DNA of 44,979 bases, counting the filler, from Jimgerdemannia flammicorona (Eukaryota): assembly GCA_003990765.1 (NCBI GenBank). It is 2 parts of 2 records of this genome, joined end to end, with 100 filler letters (N's around TTAATTAATTAA, not from the genome) between each part and the next. Parts side by side here need not be neighbours in the genome. Positions count along the whole stretch, not along the records: positions 1 to 22,442 come from RBNJ01001282.1; 1 more part is not named here. One strand, 5' to 3'. Shown piece by piece: positions 1 through 12,681 of this stretch; positions within the stretch are counted from its first letter, which is position 1; every line of letters starts with the position of its first letter. The notes beneath the pieces were generated by a model, which saw only the letters and a program-made list of their open reading frames with translations, made no database searches and was not told the origin of the DNA. The translations under genes were made by a program, and so were the position numbers.

Positions 1-3000
1 AAAAAAAAAAAAAAAAAGAGATATTGGACTGCCAGACACTCTGCCAAACACTTAATGGAGAAAATAACTGGCATCAAGATGGAGCCATCAAAGCCAACTA
101 GTATCATATCTACCATAGTTATAAACAGATAACCAACCTCACTTACTCTCAAGACAGCCAAAGCTGACCCAGTAGAGGAACTTGCCAAGCAGTTTACTGA
201 GATGATCGCATATCTTGATAATGTTGTTAGAGAAGTCTGAAGTACCAACAGGAGACCAGTGTAGAGATTTGCAGCTGCTACAGAAGAATGCAATATCACA
301 TGCTTTAGATGTGGAGAAGAAGACCACTATGTAAAGAATTGCATGACCAAAACAAGACATAAAGCCTAACCAAGCAATACTAGTAGAACCAGAGAACAAA
401 CCAATGCAGTAGTCATTGAGGAGATTGGTGATACTGATGATGAAGAATACTCTAAGGAGCTCGAATTCTACCCTGCTACTGAAGGTACCAGAACCCAGTC
501 CAAGCTCTATAATAAGAAGAGCAACAGCAAGCCAGTTGGAAGACCAAAGAAGACCCCAGCTATCACTATTCAAAGTAAGACCCAACCCGAGGAGATTGAT
601 CAAGACATGGAGTTAGATGAAGCTGCCTGCCAAATCATTGAAGACACTACTCCAGTCTCAGGAGAAAGTGAAAGCAAGAAGGAACAGAAGCTGTACAAGA
701 CCAAGATCCATCAGTATGATATCTACAAGAATCTCAAGGAACAGAAGGTCAATGCCACTTTTGGATAACTAGCCAAAGTCCCTGCCTTTAGACAGCAGTT
801 GAGAGTAGGACTTGCAACTACTACCAAGAATCAAGAGTACAAGATTGTAGAAGCTCACAATACATAGGAAGAATCCAAGAACTCAGGTAAAGAATCCAAA
901 GATCAGTGCAAGACATCAGCCTATACTCTATGTCAGATTGAAGACTATATCTTTGATGCCATCATTGATACTAGTGCTGGAGAATACCTCATGAGTAAGA
1001 AGGCAATTGACTGCCTAGGCTGGGACATTGAAGAGTCTACTAAGATGGTCTATATCACAGCAGATGGTATATGAGCTACCCCCCTTGGCAAAATCCGAGA
1101 AGTCCCCATTAAGATAGGAGGAGCTACCATCCCAGTAGATGTGATTGTCACAAGCACCACCAACTATGACATTCTCATTGGCAACCAATGGCTTCACAAG
1201 GCCAAGGCTATCATTGACATCAATGCCCAAAAGATACAGATCAACTATAGAGGAAGAAAGGTATGAGTCTTTATCAATGTTCACAAAGGAGTCCTACCAG
1301 ACATGGAGGAAGGAGATGAAGAGGACACAGAGGTCTTCATATACTCAGTGAACAAGAACAAGAACAAGAATAAGAACAAGACACTCAAGCTCACAGATGA
1401 GCAGTGGTATAACAAGATCATCGGTGGGTATGCCCCTCAAGGAAGATATCCCCATGGTACTAGGATGTACTGCTCTGAATACCTAAATGACTGCTGGTCC
1501 TGTATCAGTGAAGTTAGGAAAATCTGCCAACAGAAACATAAGCAAGAAGCTGCTGAGGCAAAAAGGAAAGCTGAAGAAGATGACCAGCCCCCAGAACTTC
1601 AGGCTGACAGTGATGATGAGGAGGAACAAGAGTCAGACATTACCCTCAAGGTTAAGAAGTTTTACCCTGAAGCCAAGATCCCAGAATACAAGACTGAAGG
1701 AGTCATAGGAATAGACCTTACTAGCATTCAAGATACTATCCTTGAACCACAGACCACTACCCTACTTGGCACTGAAATAGGAGTCAAGCTGCCAGAGAAC
1801 CATGCCAGAATTATCAAGACCAGAAGCAGTTTGGCCAAAAGTGAAATCTCAGTTAAAGGAGGAGTAATTGACCCTGATTACACTGGCAAGATCTTCCTCA
1901 TAGCCAAGAATCACAACCCCACCACCCCATTGGAAGTCAAGAAGCATGATAGAATTGGTCAGATGCTGATCCATGAAATCAAGAAGCCCAAGATCATAGA
2001 AGCTATTGAACTCATCAAGATCAAGAGAGGAGAACAAGGCTTTGGATCTACTGGAAGAGGAGCCTATGCTACTACTAAGATTACCAAACTTGAGCACAAG
2101 AAAGATAAGGACCAGAATAAGCACACATATACTATTGGAGAAAACTTTCCCCTAGAGGAACAACTTCTTAAGATCCTGCATTAGAACAAAGAAGTACTTG
2201 CTACAGATTTCCGGGATATCTATAATCAAGAACCCAAGTACTACTATGAAGTTGATACTGGTGATATCAAGCCCATCTACCAGAAAGCCAGACCCATACC
2301 ACTTGCCTACAGAGAGTGGCTGTGAGCAGAACTCAAGGAAATGGAAGAAGCTGGAATCATCAAGCAAGCTATTAGTCTCTGGGCCTCACTCATTGTCCTT
2401 GCCCTGAAGAAAGGAAGCAAGTTTGGAGAGTTCACACCAAGACTCTGTATTGACTACAGGAAGCTCAATGCCATCACCAAGAAGGATAGACAGCCCTTAC
2501 CAAATATTCAAGAAATCCTTACCACTCTTGGGAGTAAAGCCAAATACTACACCACCTTGGATCTGTTCTCAGGCTTCCATCAGATTGGTCTCACTCAAGA
2601 TACCAGTGAGAAATCAGTCTTCATCACACCTGATGCCACCTATATCTACCTGTGAATGCCATTTGGAATATGCAATGCCCCAGTAAGTTTCCAGCAAATG
2701 ATAAACAGAGTCTTTAGCAATGAGATTGGAAAATGGCTCTTTATTTATGTTGATGATGTGATCATCTTCAGCAATACTGCATGAGAACATATTAATTACA
2801 TACAGCTAGCCCTCAAGAAGCTCAAAGAGCATGGCCTCTACATCAAGCCCAAGAAATACAAGTTTACAGTCCAGGAAATCACCTACCTAGGACACCTCAT
2901 CAATCAGACTGAAATCTACACAGACTCTATGAAGATTGAGGCTATTGCAGCCTACCCAAGACCCAGAACAACCACAGAAGTCCATGTCTTCCTTGGACTG

Positions 3001-4736
3001 ACCAGCTACTACAGAAGGTTCATCAAAGGATACTCCAACATTGCAGCACCTATCTACAAGCTACTGAAGAAGGAAACCAAATTTGAATGGACCAAGGAGT
3101 ACCAAGAAACCTTCAATGAACTCAAGACCAGATTGACCCAAGCATCTATTCTCAGAAGACCAGACTGGAACCTAGAATTCATCCTACAGATAGATGTGAG
3201 TGCTATAGGACTTGGAGCAGTCCTAGCTCAGAAGAAAGATAGACATGAATATGTCATCTCCTATGCAAGCTGAGGTACCCATAGAGTAGAACAGAACTAT
3301 GAGTTATGCAAGCTTGAATGCTTAGCAGTAGTTTGGGTAGTAGACAAGTTCTACTACTACCTAGCTGAGAAATACTTCACTATTCAAACAGACTATTCCA
3401 CTCTTGCCTGGCTATTCCACACTCTGAACCCCAAAGGAATATATGCCAGATAGATCTACAGGCTGCAAAAGTATGACTGTACTATCAAGCACCACTCAGA
3501 AAGAACCAATACTAATGCTGATGCACTCTCAAGGACACCTCGAAACACCCCCAATAAGACCATTCAATATGAATAAGGAGCTATACTATGGATTAATCAG
3601 CTATCTTGGACAGTAGAAGATGCCCAACCACCTTGAACTCTGGACAATCACTATTATCAACTGGACTTAGAAACAGTTTGAACTAGATAACACTATACTC
3701 AGAAAAGGAGAAAAGCTAGTAATATCTAATCACAAGAAGTATCAAGTAATGAAGGAAGTATACAAGCAAGGACACCTAGGAGGAACCAATACCTATGACA
3801 AGACAAGAAGAACCATATAGTGGCCCAAGATGAAAGAAGACCTGTGCCAATTTGTCAAAGAGTGTGACAAGTACCAAAAACAGAAACAAGATCAATAAGA
3901 CCAGGCACCCGGGTCATCAAGAATTGAGCCTATCTCCTTCCACCACATTGCAATGAATATTATTGAGCCACTACTAGTAATACTATCAGGAAATCGCTAT
4001 ATTATAGTTATTATAGACCTCTTCACCAAATGGATAGAGGTAGGAGTATTACAAGAAGCCAATGCTCTCTCTATAGCTGACTTCCTGCACTGAGAAATCA
4101 TTTGCTGCTACAAGACACTAAAGCAAATCACAACAGACTGCAGCATGGAATTTGTCAATAGATTCTATGAGATAATGTATCAGAAATACAAGATCCAGTA
4201 CATCAAGACCACTGTGTACCATCCTCAAGGAAATGGACAGACAGAGAGAATCAATAAGACCCTCAAAAACATTCTAGCAAAGATCTCAGAGACATATGAG
4301 AATTGGGATAACTATCTCCCAACCACCCTCTCTGTCCTATGAGACATATGGTCACAGAGTACACACTTTATCCCAAGGGAGCTGCTCTTCAGAGAAGAAG
4401 ATTCTGATGGAACCTCAGTCACAAATCTAGACCTAACTTGGAGATGGATTGATGCAGAAATCTGGAGACTACACCAAATCAGGAAGAAAGCTGAAGATTA
4501 TATCATCAAGTCATAAGCACTGATATGGAAAAGAATCATAAGGCCCTAGAACCTATCTGAATTGGAGAAAAGGTTCTACTATATCAAAATATGGTAGAAG
4601 CCTCATGGTCACAAAAACTGGAGCCCAAATGGAAAGGACCCTTCTATATACAAGATATCAAGAGAACTACCTTCTGACTTAGAAAAATCTCAGAGACCAT
4701 ACTACCTACTACAGTACATAGGAACAGACTCAAGAA
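1..4736 (+). mobile_element. Degenerate Ty3/Gypsy LTR retrotransposon A (gag zinc knuckle-PR-dUTPase-RT-RNaseH-IN); 5' end not seen, 3' end truncated
   Basis: CFRCGEEDHYVKNC knuckle at 301-342; aspartic protease AIIDTSA...DILIGNQWL at ~950-1260; dUTPase at ~1640-2060; RT RLCIDYRKLN, LDLFSGFHQI and YVDD (~2746); RNaseH FILQIDVSAIGLGAVLAQ; integrase core YHPQGNGQTER and GPF motif (~4636). Many stops and frameshifts. Confidence 0.95.
1640..2060 (+). pseudogene. dUTPase domain inside Gypsy A pol, between protease and RT
   Basis: Within ORF 1303-2184: GIDL, RSSLA, GGVIDPDYTGKI, DRIGQMLI and RGEQGFGSTG match the five trimeric dUTPase motifs. Confidence 0.92.
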
Positions 4737-5100
4737 TAGTGCTCCCAAACAAATCAAATCAATTCGAATCAAATCAAATTGAGGGTTAAATGAGTCAAAT
4801 CGAATTGGGGATTTTTCAATTTGAATCAATTTGAATTGAATCAAAAGTTGAATCGAATTGAGGATCTGATTCAAACCCTAAATTTCAAAATGCAATAACT
4901 CAGTATAACCTTATTCAAATCTAACGTACTTTAGCTTGTTAGAATCACATTAATATGGTAAATCTAACAAGCTAAAATATGTTAAATTTTGATGAGGTTT
5001 CGTCGAGTTATTATATTTTGAAAATTAATGTTCAAATCAAACTTCGAATCGAATTGAGTTTGAGCCAAATTCGATTCAATTCAATTCGTTGGGAGTACTA
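4737..5100. mobile_element. Non-autonomous hAT-like MITE, copy 1
   Basis: TIRs TAGTGCTCCCAAAC and GTTGGGAGTACTA; subterminal AATTCGAATC-type repeats; internal inverted repeat with ~70-bp arms (4881-5027); related to the element at 43169-43539. No TSD visible. Confidence 0.8.
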
Positions 5101-5556
5101 AGTAGCATTAGTAGTGAATGGGTATAGGAGTGTGACTTTTCCACTTAGTCATAGGGTGCCACAAGGAGATTCTTTGTCATCTATCTTATATCCTTTCCTT
5201 GGAGCCCCTATTGGATAGGATCAGGTATTGAATTGGGGGTTTGAACATTTTGAGAATTAATTAGAAAGTGGGGGCTTTTGTGAATGATATAATGGCTGGA
5301 CTGGATTTATTAGAGAATGTAGAGGAATTAAGAAGGTCTGTAGAATGATATGAGAGGGGCTTAGATGCTAAACTCAACTGGTACAAATATAAGACTCTGG
5401 TGCTAGATGGTAGAATAGTTGATAGCAATGTGATTAAAATGGTAGTGCTGGCAGGAGAACCAGTCCATTACTTGGGGATCTACTTCTCAGTATATGAGTC
5501 TCTCCTGCCCCATGTATAGTGGAAACAGCAGCTCCTAGTATGGAGAAATATGCTCT
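5101..5556 (+). pseudogene. Non-LTR (LINE, L1/Tx1-like) reverse transcriptase fragment
   Basis: Manual translation gives VPQGDSLSSILY, AFVNDIMAG (degenerate FADD), YERGLDAKLNWYK and PVHYLGIYF, i.e. LINE RT domains 4-7 with lesions. Confidence 0.8.
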
Positions 5557-5625
5557 TAATAAGAAAAGATTAACTAAAAGATATAAAAATATACTAAAAC
5601 TAAATATAACTGTGAAATTATTATA
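5557..5625 (-). repeat. Truncated 3' LTR remnant of Gypsy B
   Basis: Direct repeat of 11195-11263, directly following the polypurine tract on the minus strand. Confidence 0.8.
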
Positions 5626-5640
5626 TCTCTCCCTTCTTAA
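5626..5640 (-). promoter_or_regulatory. Polypurine tract of Gypsy B
   Basis: Minus strand AAGAAGGGAGAGA abuts the 3' LTR remnant. Confidence 0.75.
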
Positions 5641-8600
5641 GAATAAACATTCTTATTGAGTTCTTAGGTAACATAAGACTAGATATACTTAACCAAAATT
5701 TCTCAGTATATTGGTGAGGATTGGTCATTCTCATATAGGGCAGAGGGCCTATTACTAGACTAATCAATTAGGAGGAGTTTGAATCCAGCTAATAGCTTCA
5801 TTTTAATGGACTTTTTGTTTATTAAATATTCTGCTAGTTCTGGGGTCCCAAAGTAAACTTTTGATATATAAGATACTGATTATTACTATAGGTCATCAAT
5901 AATTTAAAAAAGTCACTATAGAGATTGAGTAATGTATTTTGTCTCAAAGTTTTGAACTAGATCTTGAGAGTTCTTAAGATTGACCAGTGGTTCCAAGATA
6001 GCATTATATTCAGAATAACCTATCTACTTGACTAGGTATTTAGAATAGTGGTAGTGAATTTATTTATTAAGGATTTTCTCAGCTTTATACTTGATATGAT
6101 CTTTAATAATTACAGAGATAAATGGCTTAGAGATTTAACCAGGGTAGGACAGTGACTAGTTCCAGGTCTTGAGATATGATATATGAAAGACTGGATATAC
6201 TCTTATGGTTTCAGGTAGTTTAAGATGATAGAAGGATATAAAGACTTGTTTAGTAATCTCAAAAGGTCTAATATACTTGGATTGAAACTTGTTTGAAGGA
6301 CAGTTGACTTGAAATTATATCTTGAGGTTCTTAGTAGACAGTAGGACTTGATATCTAACAGTATAAGTGATATTACAGTATTTCTTATCAGCATACTTAG
6401 CTTGATGCTGTTGAGCCCTCTGAAGATTTACAGTGACAATCTTGAGTAGTTTTTCCATTTTGTCTGTAAGACTCTTAATAGTAGAGACTTGTATTTGACT
6501 ATATTTCTTAAAAGGAAATAGACTTGCAGAGGTCTCAGGATCTTAACTATAGAGTAACTGGAAAGGGAAAAAACCAGTAGATGATTGGACAATATTATTG
6601 TATACAAACTCTATATAAGTCAGATAGTGGTCTTAATTATCTTACTTATAAGAAATATAGTTTCTAAGTATTTATTCTAGAGTTCTATTTATATACTCAG
6701 TTTGTCTATCAGTTTGTGGGTAAAAGGCAGTAGATATAGCCAATTGGGTTCCCAGGATCTTGAAGAGGGTTTGCCAGAAGTGACTAATGAACTTGAGGTC
6801 ATAATTACTGATAATTACTTATAGTAGGCCATAGTGATAGAAGATAGACTTGAAGAAGATTCTTACAATCTCAGGTGTAGTAGCATTAGTAGTAGTTAGT
6901 TCAGTAACTATAGTCTTGATCAAGTAGTCAATGAATACATATGATGATAGCATTAGCACCAGATTGAGTTTGTAGTAGTTGAGTTATAAAGTCTATAGTA
7001 ACTTACTCAAATTTCTTAGTAGAAATCAGCAGTAGTTATAGCAAACTAGCTGATGCTTGATTGGTAAACTTGTTGCACTGGCATAGATCATAGCTGGTAA
7101 TATAGTTCTTAATTTTCTTAACCATGCTTGATCAATAATAATAGTGTTAGATATTCTTGACAGTCTTCTCAATTTTCAGATAACTGGTAAGAGGGAAGTC
7201 ATAGTGTTCTTATAAAACCTTATAATATAGATTCATATTTTCAGGTAGATAGACTTAGTCTTGATGATAGATCAGATTGTTCTTGATAGTATATATATCC
7301 TTGAGCTCATTCAAAAAAACTCTAGTAGTGACTGTATCTTCTTTGTAAGCTTGCCTGATTTGGTCTAGGAATTCTGATGCTAAGATAACTTATATAATTG
7401 TAATAAGATCAGAGTATTTTAATAAGGCATCTGGTACTATAAGTATCTTGTCAGGCTTGTAAATAATCATCAGATTGAAGATTTGAAGTTTGAGGCTCCA
7501 CTTGACTTATAGATATAACAGGGTAGATTGGGTATTGATATACTTGAGAGATTGATGATCAGTGATGATATCAAACTCAATACCTTCTAGATAGCATTGC
7601 CAGTGATCTAGTGCATATATTATTATCAGTAATTCCTTCTTGTAAGTAGCTAGCTTTTATTCAACTGGGGCCAACTTAGAACTCAAAAGCAATAAGGTGA
7701 TATTTTTTGCCATTATTTTGTGATAAGACTGCTCCAATGGCAAAATTTGATACATTAGTAGTGACTATGAATTTTAGGCCTTGATCTGCATTACACAGGA
7801 CTAGAGCATGGGTCAGGCAGTTTTTAAGTTCTTAAAAAGCTTATTGACAGAAGAGGTCTCAGGTGTAGGGTATATAGTAGTCTGAGTGTAAGGCCTTTCT
7901 CATGAGATTAGTCAGTGGCTTGGTAATATCAGAGAAGTTTCTAATAATGCAGTAATAGTAGCCAGTTAGACCAAGGAAGGATTAGAGTTCCATAAGATTC
8001 AACAGAATGAGCCATTTTTTAATTATTTCTATTTGTATAGGTCTACTTGAATTCCTTATGCAGAGACAATGTGGCTAAGATATTTGACTTATTTCTTGAA
8101 GAATTCATACTTCTTGAGCTTAATATAAAGCTTGTGTTTTTGCAGAATCTCTAGAACTATTCAAATGTGTTTGAGGTATTCTTTTTTAGTTATGCTAAAG
8201 ATCAGGATGTTGTCAAGATATACCAATAGGAAAATAAATAGTTAGTCCTTGAATATCTTATTCATTAGAGTCTAGAATATAGTGGGTGCATTGGTGAGAC
8301 TAAATGCTAAGACCAAGAATTTGTAGAGTCTAAAGGGGGTCATGAATGCAGTCTTGGAAATATTTTCTGGCTTGATTTGAATCTGGTGGTATCCTAACAT
8401 AAGATCCAACTTGGTGAAATACTTGACATTCTTGAGAATATCAAAGATTTGATCAATCAAAGGTAGTGGATAGTGGTTCTTGACAGTGAGCTTATTGAGT
8501 GTACAGTAGTTTATGTACATTCACAGAGTACTATCTTTTTTCTTAATAAATAAGACTGGTGAGCCATAAGGAGATTTGCTTGGCTAGATGGCTCCTTGTG

Positions 8601-9319
8601 CAAGTAGTTCTTCTAGTTTTTTCTTGACTACTTCAATTTTAAGTAATGATATACAGTATATATATTTCTTGAGTAGTATAGCTTCTGGGGTCAGTTCAAT
8701 TTTATAATCAACTTCTTGTATAGATGGTAGACTAGGTAGCTTGTCTGGAAAGACATCCTTAAATTATTCTAGCAGTAACTTGATGCTTTCATTGACTGAT
8801 AGTCTCTTGTCTTGTTTCTTGAGATAGATCATTATAATAAAGATGTGTATTGCCTTGTTGAGTGCTCTCTTATACTATATAGCTGACAGTGTTATAATCT
8901 GGGTCTTGCTTATAGTCTTATCTGTTTTAATAGTGATATTAGCTCTATCTTGAAGTAAAGTGACTTCATTTTTATATCAATTAATGTCTGGATTGTGTTT
9001 TGTAAGCCAGGGTTTTCCTAGGATCAGATTATGATCTCTTAGTAGTACAACCTCAAAGTCTACTCATTCTTAATATTTCTGGATCTTGATGAGTAGTTTG
9101 ATAGCAATTGACTTGATGGGGTGTAGAGTACTATCTGTAGTAACTATACTATTGTTCTTGAATACAGACTTGGTAAGGATCTTGAGACTTTTAATGAGGT
9201 TCTGATTGATGAAGTTTTCTGCAGCTCTACTGTCTATGAGTACTTGAACTTCTTTTTCTTTGATTAGACCTTTGAAAATGAGTATAGCTTGAGCTCAATT
9301 TTCAGTAAGACTTGCTACT

Positions 9320-9735
9320 TAATCAGTACTACTAAAACCTTTTTGATCTCATTTGGTTTTAGAGAGTTCTTGGACTTCTGTAATCTTGAGTTAACTGGCT
9401 TTTTCTAGGATCATTTGTGTGACTTGGTCTCCTTCCTTAACTGTATAGTCTTGATCTTTCTGATTGATAAGTAGAACTTGAACTTGTTCTTGAAAGTCTG
9501 GATCAATAATACCAGTACCTATATCTAAATAATGATTGACACTGAGTCCTGATCATAGTACAATTCTAACATAATGTCCTTCAGGATATTAAACTACAAT
9601 TCCAGTAGATACTAGAGTTTGGCTCTTGGCTAAAATAGTGACTTGTTTGACAGAGTGTAGGTTAAGACTAATAGCTTTTTCTGTTTGATATTGAGAGACC
9701 TGAGTCTTCAGATAAAGCTTCTTAATCTTAAGCTC
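9320..9735 (-). pseudogene. dUTPase domain inside Gypsy B, between gag zinc knuckle and protease
   Basis: Manual translation: LVSTGIVV*YPEGHYVRIVL*SGLS, GTGIIDPDFQEQVQVLLIN, GDQVTQMILEK and DQKGFSST. Confidence 0.85.
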
Positions 9736-10786
9736 AGATTGACTAGTAGTGGAGTTAATAGATATACCTTTGGACAATACAGTAACTGGTCTTGAGAGTT
9801 TGCTAGTCTTCTTAGGATATTTGGTTGCAATGTGTCCTGTTTGGTAACAGAAAAAACAGACTTCAGATTTCTTCAGGTAGTTCTTTTCTTCAGGAGTAAG
9901 CTTGTCATTCTTTTTGTTTATAGTGTCCAAATTCATTAGTACTAGGCCAACTATCCTTGGTTGGTTTCTGTGATGGTTCTCAAAGTGGTTCTTCTTATAA
10001 TATTCTAGTTCAAAGTAATTGCCAAAAGTGATGATATCAAACCTATTGACAATTCTCATAGCTTCATCAAGATTTTTGGGCTCTTCTAACTCAATCTTAA
10101 CTTATATGTTTCTCTTCAGACCTCAGACATAGTAGTCTATCTTTTTATTCTCAGATATTACTGGTAACTTAAGTAGGATTAATAAGAATTGTACATTATA
10201 ACTTTATATAGACTTAAGTTGCTTGATATTCACTAGCTTATCTCTGGCTAGCTTGATAGTATTAGCAGACTTGAACTACCTGTAAAGGGCTCTCTTGAAA
10301 GCTTCTCAGTCTCTGATTTGTATATATAAGTATATAGATGTAGTCATAATATAATTACACCATTAGATAGCTGCATTTTCTTAGAGAAGTGTGGTAGTAA
10401 ATTAGACTTACATATCTTCTTCCATTCTTATGAGCTTGAAGTATTAGTTCAACTGAAAGATCCATGTATCTGTAGATAGTCCTCCTTAATAACTATTAAA
10501 GGTATCTGACTTGAGTGGCTTGAAACTGACTGATACTATGGTAAGATATAATGTACTTGCAGTTCTTGTTTTCTACTATTCTAGTTGTACTTGAAGTTCT
10601 TGGATTTAGTGGGCCATAGTAGTGATTATTTCCTCTATACCAACTTACAGTTCTCTTGCTTTTTCTGTAACAGAGGGGTCTGGCTGGTAGGCTGACTTTT
10701 CATAACTCATTTCAGATTTGTATAACTAGTTGTAACTAATTTTCGAATTTGTATAAGGTTTCTTAATAAGGTAAGATATAATAACA

Positions 10787-10798
10787 CTACTGCTACCA
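10787..10798 (-). promoter_or_regulatory. Primer-binding site (tRNA-iMet type) of Gypsy B
   Basis: Minus strand TGGTAGCAG just inside the LTR, complementary to a ...CUGCUACCA tRNA 3' end. Confidence 0.75.
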
Positions 10799-10800
10799 AG

Positions 10801-11263
10801 TGTAATAGTTCTAGTTCTTTAAGAGAAAACAGCTTAATCTGAAAGTTCTAGTTGGCCTAAAGTAGCTTGAAGAGATACTTAAAGATTCAAGTATTCTCAA
10901 AGGATTTCTGAGAGAAAATATTCTGAGCTTTATTCAGGCAGAGAATAAGAATATTTATATATGATCTGAAAGAAAGATCCAGAAGGATCTTAGAAAGAAA
11001 GAGAAATATCAAGAAATAAGTTCTCAGCAAAGCTGACTAATACTGTTCTATAATGTTCCAAAAGGTTCTATAACTAGCTAAGATAAAATACTTAGTGCCA
11101 AGAAAAGACAAGAATGTTTCAGTAATATCTAAATATTAAGAGAAAGTTTCTAAGTAAGTAGAAGATGGTAGAATATAGTAGAATATTTAAGAAATAATGA
11201 GAAAAAACTAACTAAAAGATGTGAAAATATATTAAGACTAAATATGACTGTAAAATTGTTATA
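10801..11263 (-). repeat. 5' LTR of Gypsy B (~463 bp)
   Basis: Minus-strand end ...TTACA lies 2 bp from the PBS; 11195-11263 matches 5557-5625 at 59/69 positions. Confidence 0.8.
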
Positions 11264-12637
11264 TATATTGTCTGACAAAATATATAAAATCTAGTATATA
11301 TCAAGATAGAGTTTCTGAAGAAAAGTATAGAAAAACTAAAATCTGAGAATCTGACTAGTGTTCTGCAAAAATCAAGATTATTCATTTGGAGATAATATAA
11401 ATAGTATAATTGAATGATATCAAAATTTATCTAATTATATATATACTCTTAAAGAAAGTGATATGTTAAAGTATTCTAAGACTAGTAACTAAAGAAGTAA
11501 GCAAATTATATCATCTACCTACTATTACAGTTATTATTAAGAAAATTATTACAAAATAATTTAGAGAAGAATCTGAAGTTAAACATCTATATTGAATTGA
11601 GATTATCAATATTTAGATAAAAATCTGAGATCTAATAAATATACATCTAATTAGTGATGATAATTTAGAAAAAGATATTAAAGAAACTACTAGTTATCTA
11701 AAGAACTAGTAATATCAGATAGACTATTTTCATTCTAGTAAACTAAAAAAAAAGACTTTAGTTTTACTAAATCAGAATAATTGATAAAATTGATAAAATA
11801 TAATTGGCTAACTCTAATTAATTTAATATATAATACTAATAAGTAGAAATGATACTTATTTATATTATATATTTGAGATAATATTAGATATTAGAACATT
11901 AATAGTCATATCTTTATTAGTAATAAAGATAGCTTAATAGTTATAACTAGACTAAAAAGGATTCAATCTATAGTATCTAAATAGTAACTTTGATATATAT
12001 TATCTGATTAAAGTAGTATTAAAGTAAATAGAGTTATAATTATATTTCTAGGAATTTAAGGAGATAAATAAGAATATAATATTATCTTATATATAGTATA
12101 TATTATATATATATAGATGAGAAAATTTATTATACTCAAATATATATTAGGATGATTCTTATAATACACAAGAGAACTCAAATTAGTTGTGATATAGTTA
12201 TTCAAGAAGTTATCCTGTTTAAGATATCACTCAGTATATTTGCAGAAATTATATAAAAAATACCAAAAAAAATAGATATTGTGAATCAGATAATACTTAT
12301 TTTTATTATTATAAGTAACTTCAATCAATATACTTGAGTCTTATCACAGTAAACTGAAATCAATAACTTTAGTTACTTTTAGAATTATGTATTAGTATGT
12401 ATAATTTTAATTCTGATCACTTGCTCATTTGCTACTTAATTACTCAATTATTTATTTACTGCTTACTCAATTACTTATTTACTGTATACTTACTCACTTG
12501 TTCACTTACTTATTTACTACTTACTTACTTACTTATTTGCTACTCACTCATTTGCTCATTTACTACTCACTTACTTGCTTATTTACTACTTACTCAATTG
12601 CTCATTTACTATTCAATTACTTATTTACTACTCTCTT

Positions 12638-12681
<44 letters not shown>

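Larger units (their letters stand above)
5557..11263 (-). mobile_element. Degenerate chromovirus-type Ty3/Gypsy retrotransposon B (gag-knuckle-dUTPase-PR-RT-RH-IN-chromodomain)
   Basis: Minus strand: gag from ~10710, CFFCYQTGHIATKY knuckle, dUTPase at ~9320-9735, protease VLIDSRAAENFI, RT KLDLMLGYHQI and YLDN, RNaseH, integrase, chromodomain at ~5950-6090; PBS, PPT and LTR remnants present. Confidence 0.93.
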
